NCBI GenBank assembly: GCA_038233135.1
Contig: JBBSMN010000001.1
Location: forward strand, 1 to 46,019
Source: Propionibacteriales bacterium
GTDB lineage: Bacteria > Actinomycetota > Actinomycetes > Propionibacteriales > Nocardioidaceae
Length of the DNA: 46,019 nt
Direction: 5' to 3'
Positions within the stretch are counted from its first letter, which is position 1, and every line of letters starts with the position of its first letter. The position numbers and the translations under genes are program-made. Of the stretch, positions 36,104-46,019 are shown piece after piece. The notes beneath the pieces are model-generated. The model was not told the origin of the DNA and ran no database searches. It saw only the letters and a program-made list of their open reading frames with translations.

Positions 36104-36862
36104 CTAGCCGGAGAGCTGTTCGCGCAGCCGGGTGAGGATGCCGCGCAGGAGCCTGGAGACCTGCATCTGGCTCAGCCCCAGCTCGGTGGCGATCTCCCGC
36201 TGAGTGCGCTGCTCGGTGATCCGCCATTCCAGGATCTGCCGGTCACGCTCGGACAGCGACGACACCGCCGCGCTGAGGTCGATGAGGGTCTCGGTCCGGG
36301 AAAAGTCCCCGTCGTGCGAGCCGATCAACTCATGCAGCGGTGTTGACGGCAGTGAGCCACCGGACACGTCCGTGGGCTGGTCCAACGACACGGCGTGGAA
36401 GTGCATGCCAGCCGACAACACCTCGACCACATGGTCGACCTCGACGTCGAGGTGCTCCGCAAGCTCGGTGGGTGTCGGCGAGCGACGTAGGTGTGCACTG
36501 AGCCGTTCCTGCGCCCCCGGAATGTCGGCCCGCAACTCTTGCAGCCGCCGCGGTGGGCGGACCGCCCATACGTGGTCGCGGAAGTGTCTCTTGATCTCAC
36601 CGCGGATCGTCGGCACCGCAAAGCTCAGAAACGACACTCCCCGATCGCTGTCATACCGACGGACCGCCTTCACCAGTCCTAGACAGGCAACCTGCTCCAG
36701 GTCAGCAGACTCCAGCCCGCGGCCCTGAAACCGGTGGGCCACCGACGAGGCCACCGAGACGTTCACCTCGATGACCTCGTCCTGCAACCGTCGGCGACGG
36801 TCCGCAGACTGTGCGCTGCTCGCCTCGGCGAGTAGGTCGTGGGTTCTCTGCTCGCGTTCCAT
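36104..36862 (-). CDS. sigF: RNA polymerase sigma factor, SigB/SigF/SigG subfamily
   Basis: 'FLSFAVPTIRGEIKRHFRDHVWAVRPPRRLQEL' parallels Mtb SigF '[33 protein letters not shown]' as I recall it. Region 4.2 is 'REIATELGLSQMQVSRLL'. ATG 36862 is preferred and the alternative is GTG 36922. Confidence 0.85.
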   Translation of the reverse strand: MEREQRTHDLLAEASSAQSADRRRRLQDEVIEVNVSVASSVAHRFQGRGLESADLEQVACLGLVKAVRRYDSDRGVSFLSFAVPTIRGEIKRHFRDHVWAVRPPRRLQELRADIPGAQERLSAHLRRSPTPTELAEHLDVEVDHVVEVLSAGMHFHAVSLDQPTDVSGGSLPSTPLHELIGSHDGDFSRTETLIDLSAAVSSLSERDRQILEWRITEQRTQREIATELGLSQMQVSRLLRGILTRLREQLSG

Positions 36863-37043
36863 GCGCGCGGCGGGGCGAGCTGTCGCTTCCCGTGCGCGTA
36901 CTGCTGGGGGGGTCTTGAGCACCCGCTGCCCTCTCGGCCGGGTGGGCTGTGGCGGGCTTTTCGACCACAGGGGGGAGACTACGCACGCCGAACATTTTGC
37001 AAGTACTCACGGACACCCGCATCTATGTGCCAAGCATCGGTGA

Positions 37044-37069
37044 GTTTACACCGTAAGGTCGCTGGGTAT
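37044..37069 (+). promoter_or_regulatory. SigF/SigB-type promoter for the TM-helix-repeat membrane protein gene
   Basis: GTTT (37044-37047), 16-nt spacer, GGGTAT (37064-37069). It sits about 45 nt upstream of the ATG at 37115. Confidence 0.65.
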
Positions 37070-37114
37070 CCATAGTGCAATGCAGCCCGTCTCCAGTCAA
37101 CCGGAAGGTGACCC

Positions 37115-37978
37115 ATGCCTGATCAATCCCTCGCCCTCGACGTGGGGAAGAGCTTCCAGACCGCCCTCAACGGCCTCTTCAGCTTCTTGCCCAAGTTGTT
37201 GGGCTTCCTGCTCATCCTGCTCATTGGCTACATCGTGGCCAAGGTGCTCGCGACCATCGTCAGCAAACTGCTCGAGAAGATGGGTGTCGACCGCTCGCTG
37301 CAGAACTCCGACGCCAACCAATACGTGGAGAAGGTGGCGCCAGGGGCGAGCCCGTCGGCGATCATCGCCAAGCTCGTCTTCTGGATCATTTTCATCTTCT
37401 TCCTGTTCACCGCCATCGGCACGCTGCAGATCCCGGCGTTGACCGGCTTCATGAACGACGTGCTGGCCTACCTGCCCAACATCATCGTGGCGATCGTGAT
37501 CTTCCTGATCGCTGCCGCGGTCTCCGGCGCCATCGCAGCCGGGGTTGCCAAGGTGATGGGCGACACCCCCACCGGCAAGATCGTGGCATCGGTGCTGCCG
37601 GCGCTGATCATGGTGATCGCCCTGTTCATGATCCTGGAGCAGCTCAACATCGCCCCCGAGATCGTGCGCATCGCGTTCGCGGCAACCATCGGTGCGATAG
37701 CACTGGGCCTCGCTCTGGCGTTCGGTCTCGGCGGGCGTCCTGTCGCGCAGAAGATGCTCGAGGACGCCTACGACGCTGGCCAGCGCAGCAAGGAACAGAT
37801 GAAGGCCGACGTCGCTGCCGGCAAGGAGCGTGGCGAGCAGCAGGCACAGCAGGCTCAGTCGTCGATGCAGGACGACAGCTCGTCGTACGACACCACGACG
37901 TACTCGTCTTCCGAGCCGGACTACACCGGTGGGAGCACGCAGTACGGCACCACGACGGATGACCCCTACCAGCGCTGA
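37115..37978 (+). CDS. Membrane protein with conserved TM-helix repeats (CmpX-like, MscS N-terminal-type) and a Gln/Ser/Thr-rich tail
   Basis: Repeated 'L-x-Y-L/F-P-K/N-hydrophobic' helix starts ('LFSFLPKLLGFLLILLIGYIVAKV', 'VLAYLPNIIVAIVIFLIAAAV'). There are 4-5 TM segments and a low-complexity C-terminus. Confidence 0.65.
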   Translation: MPDQSLALDVGKSFQTALNGLFSFLPKLLGFLLILLIGYIVAKVLATIVSKLLEKMGVDRSLQNSDANQYVEKVAPGASPSAIIAKLVFWIIFIFFLFTAIGTLQIPALTGFMNDVLAYLPNIIVAIVIFLIAAAVSGAIAAGVAKVMGDTPTGKIVASVLPALIMVIALFMILEQLNIAPEIVRIAFAATIGAIALGLALAFGLGGRPVAQKMLEDAYDAGQRSKEQMKADVAAGKERGEQQAQQAQSSMQDDSSSYDTTTYSSSEPDYTGGSTQYGTTTDDPYQR

Positions 37979-38089
37979 CGTCTGCCTTTGACAGGCACGG
38001 ATGGCCCCGCGGTTGCACGAACCGTGGGGCCATCAGCGTTTCGCATCGACCATACTTGGCGCGTCAACAAGCCCGGAGGTGTCAGCACC

Positions 38090-38842
38090 ATGCCACTCAT
38101 CGGACCTGACGACCAGCCCTCTCTGGACGCCGACACGGCCGTCGTGGACGGCCGCGAGGTGCCCTCGGAACGCGTTCCCCTCGATCGGAGCCGGATTGTC
38201 GCCGCCGGCATCGACTACGTGGATTCGCATGGCCTCACCGGGCTGACCATGCGTCGTCTCGGAGCTGACCTGGGCGTCGAGGCCATGTCGTTGTACCGCT
38301 ATATCTCTGGGCGGGACGAGTTGCTCGCGTCGATCGTCGAGCACGTGATCGCCGAGGTGGAACAAGACCCCGACATCGTCGTCGCACCCGAGCACGGCTG
38401 GCAGGACTTCCTGCAGCGGCTCGCGCACGGCTTCCGGCGGGTCGCACTGGCCCACCCGCACATCTTCCCGCTGGTCGCCTCGCACCCGACCGAAGCGCCG
38501 TGGATCAGGCCGCCAGTGCGCAGCTTGAAGTTCGTGGAGCTGTTCCTGGACGGCCTGCACCGGGAGGGGTTCTCCGACGAGATGGCGGTCGCCGCCTACC
38601 GAGCGTTCACCAGCTTCTTGTTGGGGCACCTGCTGCTCGAGGTGTCCACGATGGGGGCAGCTGTCGGCCCGATGGATCTTATGGACCCGCCAAGCGGGTC
38701 CACCCCCGGCCTGGACAACTATCCGAATGTGGCGCGGCTGGGTGATGCGCTGTCCGAGGACCACTCGGTCACCGAGTTTGAGGAGTCCTTGGAGCAGTTG
38801 CTCGACCGACTCGCCGAGGTGCTGGCGGCCACTGACGGCTGA
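38090..38842 (+). CDS. TetR/AcrR-family transcriptional regulator (TetR_C tetracycline-repressor-like C-terminus)
   Basis: ATG at 38090, 10 nt after GGAGG. The HTH is 'LTMRRLGADLGVEAMSLYRYISGRDELL'. 250 aa. Confidence 0.8.
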   Translation: MPLIGPDDQPSLDADTAVVDGREVPSERVPLDRSRIVAAGIDYVDSHGLTGLTMRRLGADLGVEAMSLYRYISGRDELLASIVEHVIAEVEQDPDIVVAPEHGWQDFLQRLAHGFRRVALAHPHIFPLVASHPTEAPWIRPPVRSLKFVELFLDGLHREGFSDEMAVAAYRAFTSFLLGHLLLEVSTMGAAVGPMDLMDPPSGSTPGLDNYPNVARLGDALSEDHSVTEFEESLEQLLDRLAEVLAATDG

Positions 38843-38858
38843 GCCGCCGACTGGGCCG

Positions 38859-39893
38859 TCAGTCGCGCCCCTCGCGCCGGTCCAGACCCGCCAAGAACTG
38901 CTCGAACTGCTGGCCGAGCTGGTCCGCCGACGGCAGGTCCTCATCGTGCGCCAGCATCGACTGCCCGGCCCCGCGGGAGAAGGCATCGTACTGCTCCTCC
39001 AGCGCGGTCAGCACCTCGTGGCCGTCCTGCTCGGCGACCTGCCGGTCCACCTCGGCGACGGTGGACCGGGCCGCTGCTCGCAACGCGTCCAGGTCAAAGG
39101 TGAGGCCCCCCGCTGCCCCGGCGGCTTCCAGCAGTGCTACCGAGGCCGCCGGAAACTCTACGGCGGACACATAATGCGGCACGTGTGCGACGTAGCCCAT
39201 CGCGTCTTGACCGGCCTCCCCCAGCCGCAGCTCGAGCAGCGCCTGCGCGCTGGCCGGCACCGTCAGGCGCCCCGTCCAGATGTTAGGTCGGTCGACGAGG
39301 CCAGTTCGAGTCGCGTGTGCGGTCAGCACCACCGGACGGGTGTGCGGCACCCCCATCGGGACCGCGCCAAGACCGACCACTAGGCGCACCCCGAGCTGGT
39401 CCACCAGCTGCTGCACGGCAACAGTGAACCCCTCCCAGCGGTAGTCGGGCTCGGGCCCGGTCAACAGCAGGTACGGGGTGTCCGCCGCGTCGGTCAGCCG
39501 GCGCACCTCCAGCCGTGGAGCGTCGTAGGTGGCGTAGTGGTCGCCGTCGAAGGCCAGCGCCGGGCGGCGCGCACGATAGTCAAAAAGGGTGTCGACGTCG
39601 AAGCGCGCCACCACGTTCATCGGGACCCCCGATGAACCCGATCGGGACCGGGGTTGGACGCTGTCGCTCACCTCGGTGACCTCACCGGTTGCACTCGCCT
39701 CATCGCCCATGAGGTGGTCTGCGGCGAGTCGCCCAGCCTGTCCTGCGGACAAAAAGCCGTCTAGCGCATGCATCAGCACCAGCCCGCGCTCCGGCGGTTC
39801 GCCGACCATCTCGAGCAGGTTGTTGTCCGGTCCGGCAGTGGGCGGGGTGGGCTCACTGGGCTGGCTTTGGCGGCGCCATCGCTTCATGTCCAT
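38859..39893 (-). CDS. PAC2 (proteasome assembly chaperone 2-like) family protein
   Basis: ATG at 39893 after GGAG. Motifs typical of actinobacterial PAC2 proteins: 'FDYRARRP', 'LLLTGPEPDYRWEGF', 'GVPHTRP'. Confidence 0.75.
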   Translation of the reverse strand: MDMKRWRRQSQPSEPTPPTAGPDNNLLEMVGEPPERGLVLMHALDGFLSAGQAGRLAADHLMGDEASATGEVTEVSDSVQPRSRSGSSGVPMNVVARFDVDTLFDYRARRPALAFDGDHYATYDAPRLEVRRLTDAADTPYLLLTGPEPDYRWEGFTVAVQQLVDQLGVRLVVGLGAVPMGVPHTRPVVLTAHATRTGLVDRPNIWTGRLTVPASAQALLELRLGEAGQDAMGYVAHVPHYVSAVEFPAASVALLEAAGAAGGLTFDLDALRAAARSTVAEVDRQVAEQDGHEVLTALEEQYDAFSRGAGQSMLAHDEDLPSADQLGQQFEQFLAGLDRREGRD

Positions 39894-39991
39894 CGTCTCC
39901 TGCCAACCGCCGAACGCACGCGCGCATTCCGCTGCGCCCGGTTGCGGTCGGGCCGATCCTCGGTCGGGCCGATCCTGCATCTCGTCGTTTG

Positions 39992-41881
39992 CTAGGAGTG
40001 CCTGGCCGACCATTCGCTGACCGCGTCGGCGACCCCCCGCGGGCTCAGACCGGCGCGCTCACGGAGGACTGCCGGCTTGGCATGGGCGTGGAACTGTTGC
40101 GGCACCGCCCGGACGACGACGGGTGTGTCGACCTCGGCGTCGACCAGCGCGGAGCACACGGCCGACCCGAAGCCACCGGCGCGGCCGTTGTCCTCCACAG
40201 TGACGACCAGATCATGGTCGCGAGCAAGGTCGATCAGCAGCGGTGCAACGGGCAGCACCCATCGCGGGTCGACCACGGTGACCGTCGCGGGCTCGTCCGA
40301 CGCACCGAGCAGCTCGGCCGCCTCCACCGCAACATGCGCCATCGCTCCCGCGGCGACGATCAGCACCCGGCGACCCTGCTCGACCGCCACGGGGCGCACC
40401 AACACGTCGACACCGTCGACGTTGTCAATGGGGTCCAGGTCAGCCGGGACGGCACCCTTGGGGAAGCGCACCGCGGTGGGCGCGTCGTCGACCGCAACCG
40501 CCTCCCGCAGCAGCTCGCGCAAGCGGCTGCCGTCGCGAGGTGCGGCCACCCGCATGGTTGGGACCACTGCGAGCAGCGACAGGTCCCACATGCCGTTGTG
40601 CGACGGCCCGTCCTCTCCCGTGAGACCAGCGCGGTCCAGCACGAAGGTCACCCCACAGCCGTGCAGGGCCACGTCGAGCAGGGTCTGGTCGAAGGCCCGG
40701 TTGAGGAACGTCGCATAGATCGCGACCACCGGGTGCACCCCGCCAAGAGCCAGCCCGGCGGCGCTGGTGACGGCGTGCTGCTCGGCGATGCCCACGTCGT
40801 AAACCCGGTCGGGAAACTTGTCCGCGAAGGCGTCCAGGCCGGTCGGCTGAAGCATCGCGGCAGTGACACCGACGATGTCGTCGCGCTCGGCGGCGAGCAC
40901 CGCGATCTCGTCCCGAAAGACGTGCGTCCAGGTGGTGACCGGGGTCGCCAGCGACTCGCCGGTATCCGGATCGAACGGGTACGACTGGTGCATCTGGTCG
41001 ACCTCGTGCGCCACCGCCCGCGCATAGCCGTGCCCCTTCTCGGTCACCACATGGACCAGCACAGGCCCGCCAAACTTCTTCGCCAGGTCGAGTGCGCGCT
41101 CGACCGCCTTGCGGTCATGGCCATCAACCGGGCCGACGTACTTGAGGCCGAGATCCTCGAACACCCCCTGCGGGGCGATCGCGTCCTTAAGCCCGCGCTT
41201 GACCGCGTGCAGGGCGTCATAGGTCGGCGGGCCCACGAACCGGACGCGGTTGAGCCGCCCCTTGATGCTGTTCAGGGTGGTCTCGTAGCGGGGGTTGGTG
41301 CGTGTCTCGGCCAGCCGAGCGGCCAGCCCCCCAGCGGTCGGCGCATAGGAGCGGCCGTTGTCGTTGACCACCACCACCAGCGGGCGATCCTTGCCCGCGG
41401 CGATGGTGTTCAGCGCCTCCCAGGCCATCCCGCCGGTCAGCGCCCCGTCACCGATGACCGCGACGACGTGCCGGTCGACTCCACGCAGCGCGTACGCCTT
41501 GGCGAGTCCGTCGGCATAGGACAACGACGTCGAGGCGTGCGAGTTCTCGATCGTGTCGTGGTCGGACTCCTCCCGACTCGGATAACCGGAAAGTCCGCCT
41601 TGCTGCCGCAACCGGTCGAAGGCCGCCGCCCGGCCGGTGACCATCTTGTGCACGTACGCCTGGTGGCCGGTGTCGAACAGCACCCGGTCACGTGGCGAGT
41701 CGAACACCCGATGCAGCGCCAGCGTCAGCTCCACCACGCCGAGGTTGGGGCCGAGGTGCCCACCGTGGTGCGCGACTGCGGACACGATGCGCTCACGGAT
41801 CTCCTCGGCGAGGTCGTCGAGCTCGGCATCGCTGAGGGTCCGCAGGTCGCCCGGACCGGCGATGCCATCGAGCAGACCCAT
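39992..41881 (-). CDS. dxs: 1-deoxy-D-xylulose-5-phosphate synthase
   Basis: ATG at 41881, 9 nt after GGAGGA ([17 protein letters not shown]...). Motifs: '[12 protein letters not shown]', '[10 protein letters not shown]' and the TPP motif '[15 protein letters not shown]'. 629 aa. The 89-codon extension in the track is rejected. Confidence 0.95.
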   Translation of the reverse strand: MGLLDGIAGPGDLRTLSDAELDDLAEEIRERIVSAVAHHGGHLGPNLGVVELTLALHRVFDSPRDRVLFDTGHQAYVHKMVTGRAAAFDRLRQQGGLSGYPSREESDHDTIENSHASTSLSYADGLAKAYALRGVDRHVVAVIGDGALTGGMAWEALNTIAAGKDRPLVVVVNDNGRSYAPTAGGLAARLAETRTNPRYETTLNSIKGRLNRVRFVGPPTYDALHAVKRGLKDAIAPQGVFEDLGLKYVGPVDGHDRKAVERALDLAKKFGGPVLVHVVTEKGHGYARAVAHEVDQMHQSYPFDPDTGESLATPVTTWTHVFRDEIAVLAAERDDIVGVTAAMLQPTGLDAFADKFPDRVYDVGIAEQHAVTSAAGLALGGVHPVVAIYATFLNRAFDQTLLDVALHGCGVTFVLDRAGLTGEDGPSHNGMWDLSLLAVVPTMRVAAPRDGSRLRELLREAVAVDDAPTAVRFPKGAVPADLDPIDNVDGVDVLVRPVAVEQGRRVLIVAAGAMAHVAVEAAELLGASDEPATVTVVDPRWVLPVAPLLIDLARDHDLVVTVEDNGRAGGFGSAVCSALVDAEVDTPVVVRAVPQQFHAHAKPAVLRERAGLSPRGVADAVSEWSARHS

Positions 41882-42010
41882 CGTCGAACGTCCTCCGTGT
41901 TGTCGATCACCGCGGCGCAGTCGCACGAGTCTATGCCGCCGCCACATCTGCCGGGGGTGTATGTGGTGGGACTGGGCACGGACCCTGCACGCGGGCGTAC
42001 GGTGCCGTGG

Positions 42011-42457
42011 ATGAGCGGCTGCCTGTTCTGTCGGATTGCCGCGCGCAGCGAGCCAGCCCACCTGGTGCTCGAGACCGACCGCGTGGTCGGCTTCCTGGAC
42101 AACCGGCCGGTGTTCAAGGGACACGCGCTGCCGGTGACCCGACGCCACGTCGAGACACTCACCGAGCTGCCGGACGAGCTGCTCGCGCCGACGGGCCGCG
42201 ATAACCCGCGGATGCTCGCGGGGTACGGGCGGGGGTCAGAGGCGGGGGTGGAAGCGTCGCCCTCGCAGTGCCTCCTCGACGAGGCCGACCTCTCGGCGGA
42301 GCACGAGCAACCGTTCGGACTCCAACCGCCAGGTCGCCACCGCCCTCTCGATGACATCAAGATCGGCGACGTCGCGAAGCGCCGTACGCGCCTCGTTCAA
42401 CCCCCTACGGGCAGCCGCCTGCATACCCTCCACGTGCAGCACCGCGAAACGGGCTAG
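42011..42457 (+). pseudogene. HIT-family (histidine triad) gene remnant: the N-terminal ~60 aa are conserved and the catalytic HxHxHxx region is absent
   Basis: '[60 protein letters not shown]' is a typical HIT N-terminus. After about 42190 the frame stays open but loses all HIT similarity. It then runs antisense through the convergent gene 42236..42607. Confidence 0.5.
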
Positions 42458-42607
42458 CACCACCGGGTGGCGGCGCAGGCCCGAATAGCCGCGGTACTCC
42501 GGGGGGCAGTGGTCGAGCATCCACGAAGCGGCGGTCTGATCCCAGTCTGGGGCGCCCGGCGGTCGCACCTGTGTGGGCCAGCCCGGTGGGCCGGCTGCAT
42601 CGCTCAT
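42236..42607 (-). CDS. Hypothetical protein (123 aa), last gene of the acn-TSUP-flavin reductase string
   Basis: ATG at 42607 overlaps the flavin-reductase stop as ATGA (42604-42607). The sequence looks helical and amphipathic ('LARFAVLHVEGMQAAARRGLNEARTALRDVADLDVIERAV'). Confidence 0.55.
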   Translation of the reverse strand: MSDAAGPPGWPTQVRPPGAPDWDQTAASWMLDHCPPEYRGYSGLRRHPVVLARFAVLHVEGMQAAARRGLNEARTALRDVADLDVIERAVATWRLESERLLVLRREVGLVEEALRGRRFHPRL

Positions 42608-43128
42608 CTGGGCTCGGCAGGGACACCGACGTAGCGGCCCCGGCAGTAGGCCAGGGCGCCGGTGTCACCCACCAGCTGCACGTGCGCCACGTCGACGTGC
42701 ACAAGCAGCGACCAACCGGCAACGGTGGGCTCCCTCGCCAGCACAGCACCGGCCCAGCAACGCCCGTCGAGCGCCGGGCCCCACTCGGTGTCGAGCCACC
42801 TGCCGGTGCGAAACGTTCCACCGGGCGACGGCGCAACCCCCGCGAACACGTCGGCCACCATCTCGTCACCGGGGGCCAGCAGGCTGACCGCGACCCGACC
42901 GGTCGCCCGCAGCCGGACCCACAGATCGGACTCCTCGTCGATCAGGCCGATGAGCCGGCTGGGCTCCCCGTCGGCGACGAGCATCGACGACACCGTGAGA
43001 CCGGCACGCTCCGGCGACGCACCGGCAGACCACACCGTCACTGGGGTGACCTGCCGCCCGCGCAGCCGGCGGCCCGGGCGTCGTTCGCCCTCCGGCTCGA
43101 TGAAGGGATGGTCCGAGTGAATCGTCAC
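42604..43128 (-). CDS. Flavin reductase-like (FMN-binding split-barrel) protein
   Basis: GTG at 43128, 8 nt after AGGA. 'VTPVTVWSAG...GLTVSSMLVADGEPSRLIGLI...LAPGDEMVADVFAG' matches the flavin_reduct domain pattern. 174 aa. Confidence 0.65.
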   Translation of the reverse strand: MTIHSDHPFIEPEGERRPGRRLRGRQVTPVTVWSAGASPERAGLTVSSMLVADGEPSRLIGLIDEESDLWVRLRATGRVAVSLLAPGDEMVADVFAGVAPSPGGTFRTGRWLDTEWGPALDGRCWAGAVLAREPTVAGWSLLVHVDVAHVQLVGDTGALAYCRGRYVGVPAEPR

Positions 43129-43162
43129 GACACCGATCCTGCCCGCTGCCGACGGCAGTGCC

Positions 43163-43890
43163 TCAGCCGGTGAGGCTGCGGACCAGCAACACCACCCCGG
43201 ACAGCCCACAGATGGACAGCACTGCTGCCCGGGTGTGACCGGGGTCCAGCCGCGGCCGAAGCATCACCGACAGCAGATGACCGAGCACCAGCACCGGGCT
43301 GAACAGCAACGCCAGATAGAGGTCGCTTAGGTCGAGTTGGCCACCGGCACCGAGACCGAGCAGGCTGAGCAGCGCACCGGCCGCGAAGAACACCGCCATC
43401 GTCGCGCGGATCTCGGCAGCCTCGTGGTGCTGGTAGACGATGGCCACCGGCGGCCCGCCGATCGACGTCGCCGTGCCGGTGATGCCGGCCACGAAACCGG
43501 CGGTCGTCAACGAACCCGCGGTCACCGGCACCCGGACGGCCCGCCAGGTCAGCCCGACCGCCGCGAGCACCATGACGCCCACGCTGACGCCGAGCACCTG
43601 GTCGGAGGCCCACGCCACCACCAGCACCCCCACCGCAGTGCCGGGTACGCGGCCACCCAGCGCCCAGCGCATACCGGCGAAGTCGGCCTCGCGCCACTCG
43701 CGACGCAGCGCCCCCAGCGGATAGAGCAGCGCCAACCACAGCGGGACGACCGGGACCAGCTCGGGCGCGAGCAGGGTGACAACCGGCGCGGTTATCAGGT
43801 TGAGCCCCAGCCCGACGATGCCCTGAACGGTCGCCCCGACCAGCACGGCCGCTGCGATGCCGGCAAGCACCCATAGACCCAGCCCGGCTG

Positions 43891-43894
<4 letters not shown>
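43163..43894 (-). CDS. TSUP (TauE/SafE) family anion-exporter membrane protein
   Basis: GTG at 43894 overlaps the aconitase stop (GTGA). 243 aa with about 7-8 TM segments and '[17 protein letters not shown]' in the second half. Confidence 0.7.

Positions 43895-46019
<2,125 letters not shown>

Noticed and set aside
39989-42010. Front part of an 822-aa plus-strand ORF
   Set aside because: It is antisense to dxs and not protein-like. Only the last part (from ATG 42011) carries real HIT-like sequence.
42406-42440. 'HTLHVQH' near the end of the HIT-remnant frame as a possible histidine triad
   Set aside because: The His spacing is i, i+3, i+6 rather than the alternating HxHxHxx pattern. The surrounding sequence has no HIT similarity and is the reverse complement of a better-supported gene.
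42423-42450. SigF-like motif on the minus strand (GTTT-N18-GGGTAT)
   Set aside because: The spacer is 18 nt, outside the 15-17 nt seen at the three convincing sites. It also lies inside a coding region, about 530 nt upstream of the next start (dxs).

Overview
This is a high-GC Actinomycetota-type chromosomal segment. Lineage markers are a mycothiol-dependent DinB enzyme, a PAC2 protein, a SigF-type sigma factor and fadA2/fabG4/htdX synteny as in mycobacteria. I count about 40 protein genes and see no rRNA, tRNA or CRISPR array. The left edge holds the tail of a type I-G (formerly I-U) cas operon read leftwards: cas3, then csx17/cas8u, then a gene that runs off-window. Next come an aminomethyltransferase-family gene, a DinB/mycothiol enzyme, an MBL hydrolase, an M23 peptidase, an APC permease, TerC with a 15-bp tandem-repeat tail, and SppA. 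These are followed by a 4-gene peptide/nickel-type ABC importer and a ~1035-aa beta-propeller plus PHP-like metallohydrolase. At the window centre sits a compact XRE-HTH + minimal nucleotidyltransferase cassette. It is my best candidate for an uncharacterised toxin-antitoxin or defence-like module. To its right are uvrB, an alkA-like glycosylase, a frameshifted ligB-like ATP-dependent DNA ligase, a secreted internally duplicated protein, and fadA2-fabG4-htdX-tesB. A stress cluster follows (PRC/DUF2382 protein, membrane proteins, an orphan sigF-like gene) with three GTTT-N15-16-GGGTA[T/C] promoters. The right end carries TetR, PAC2, dxs, a HIT-family remnant, a flavin reductase, a TSUP permease and the 3' part of aconitase. 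All functional calls come from motif and architecture recognition by eye on the supplied translations; no database search or folding program was run. CDS coordinates include the stop codon, as in the ORF track.
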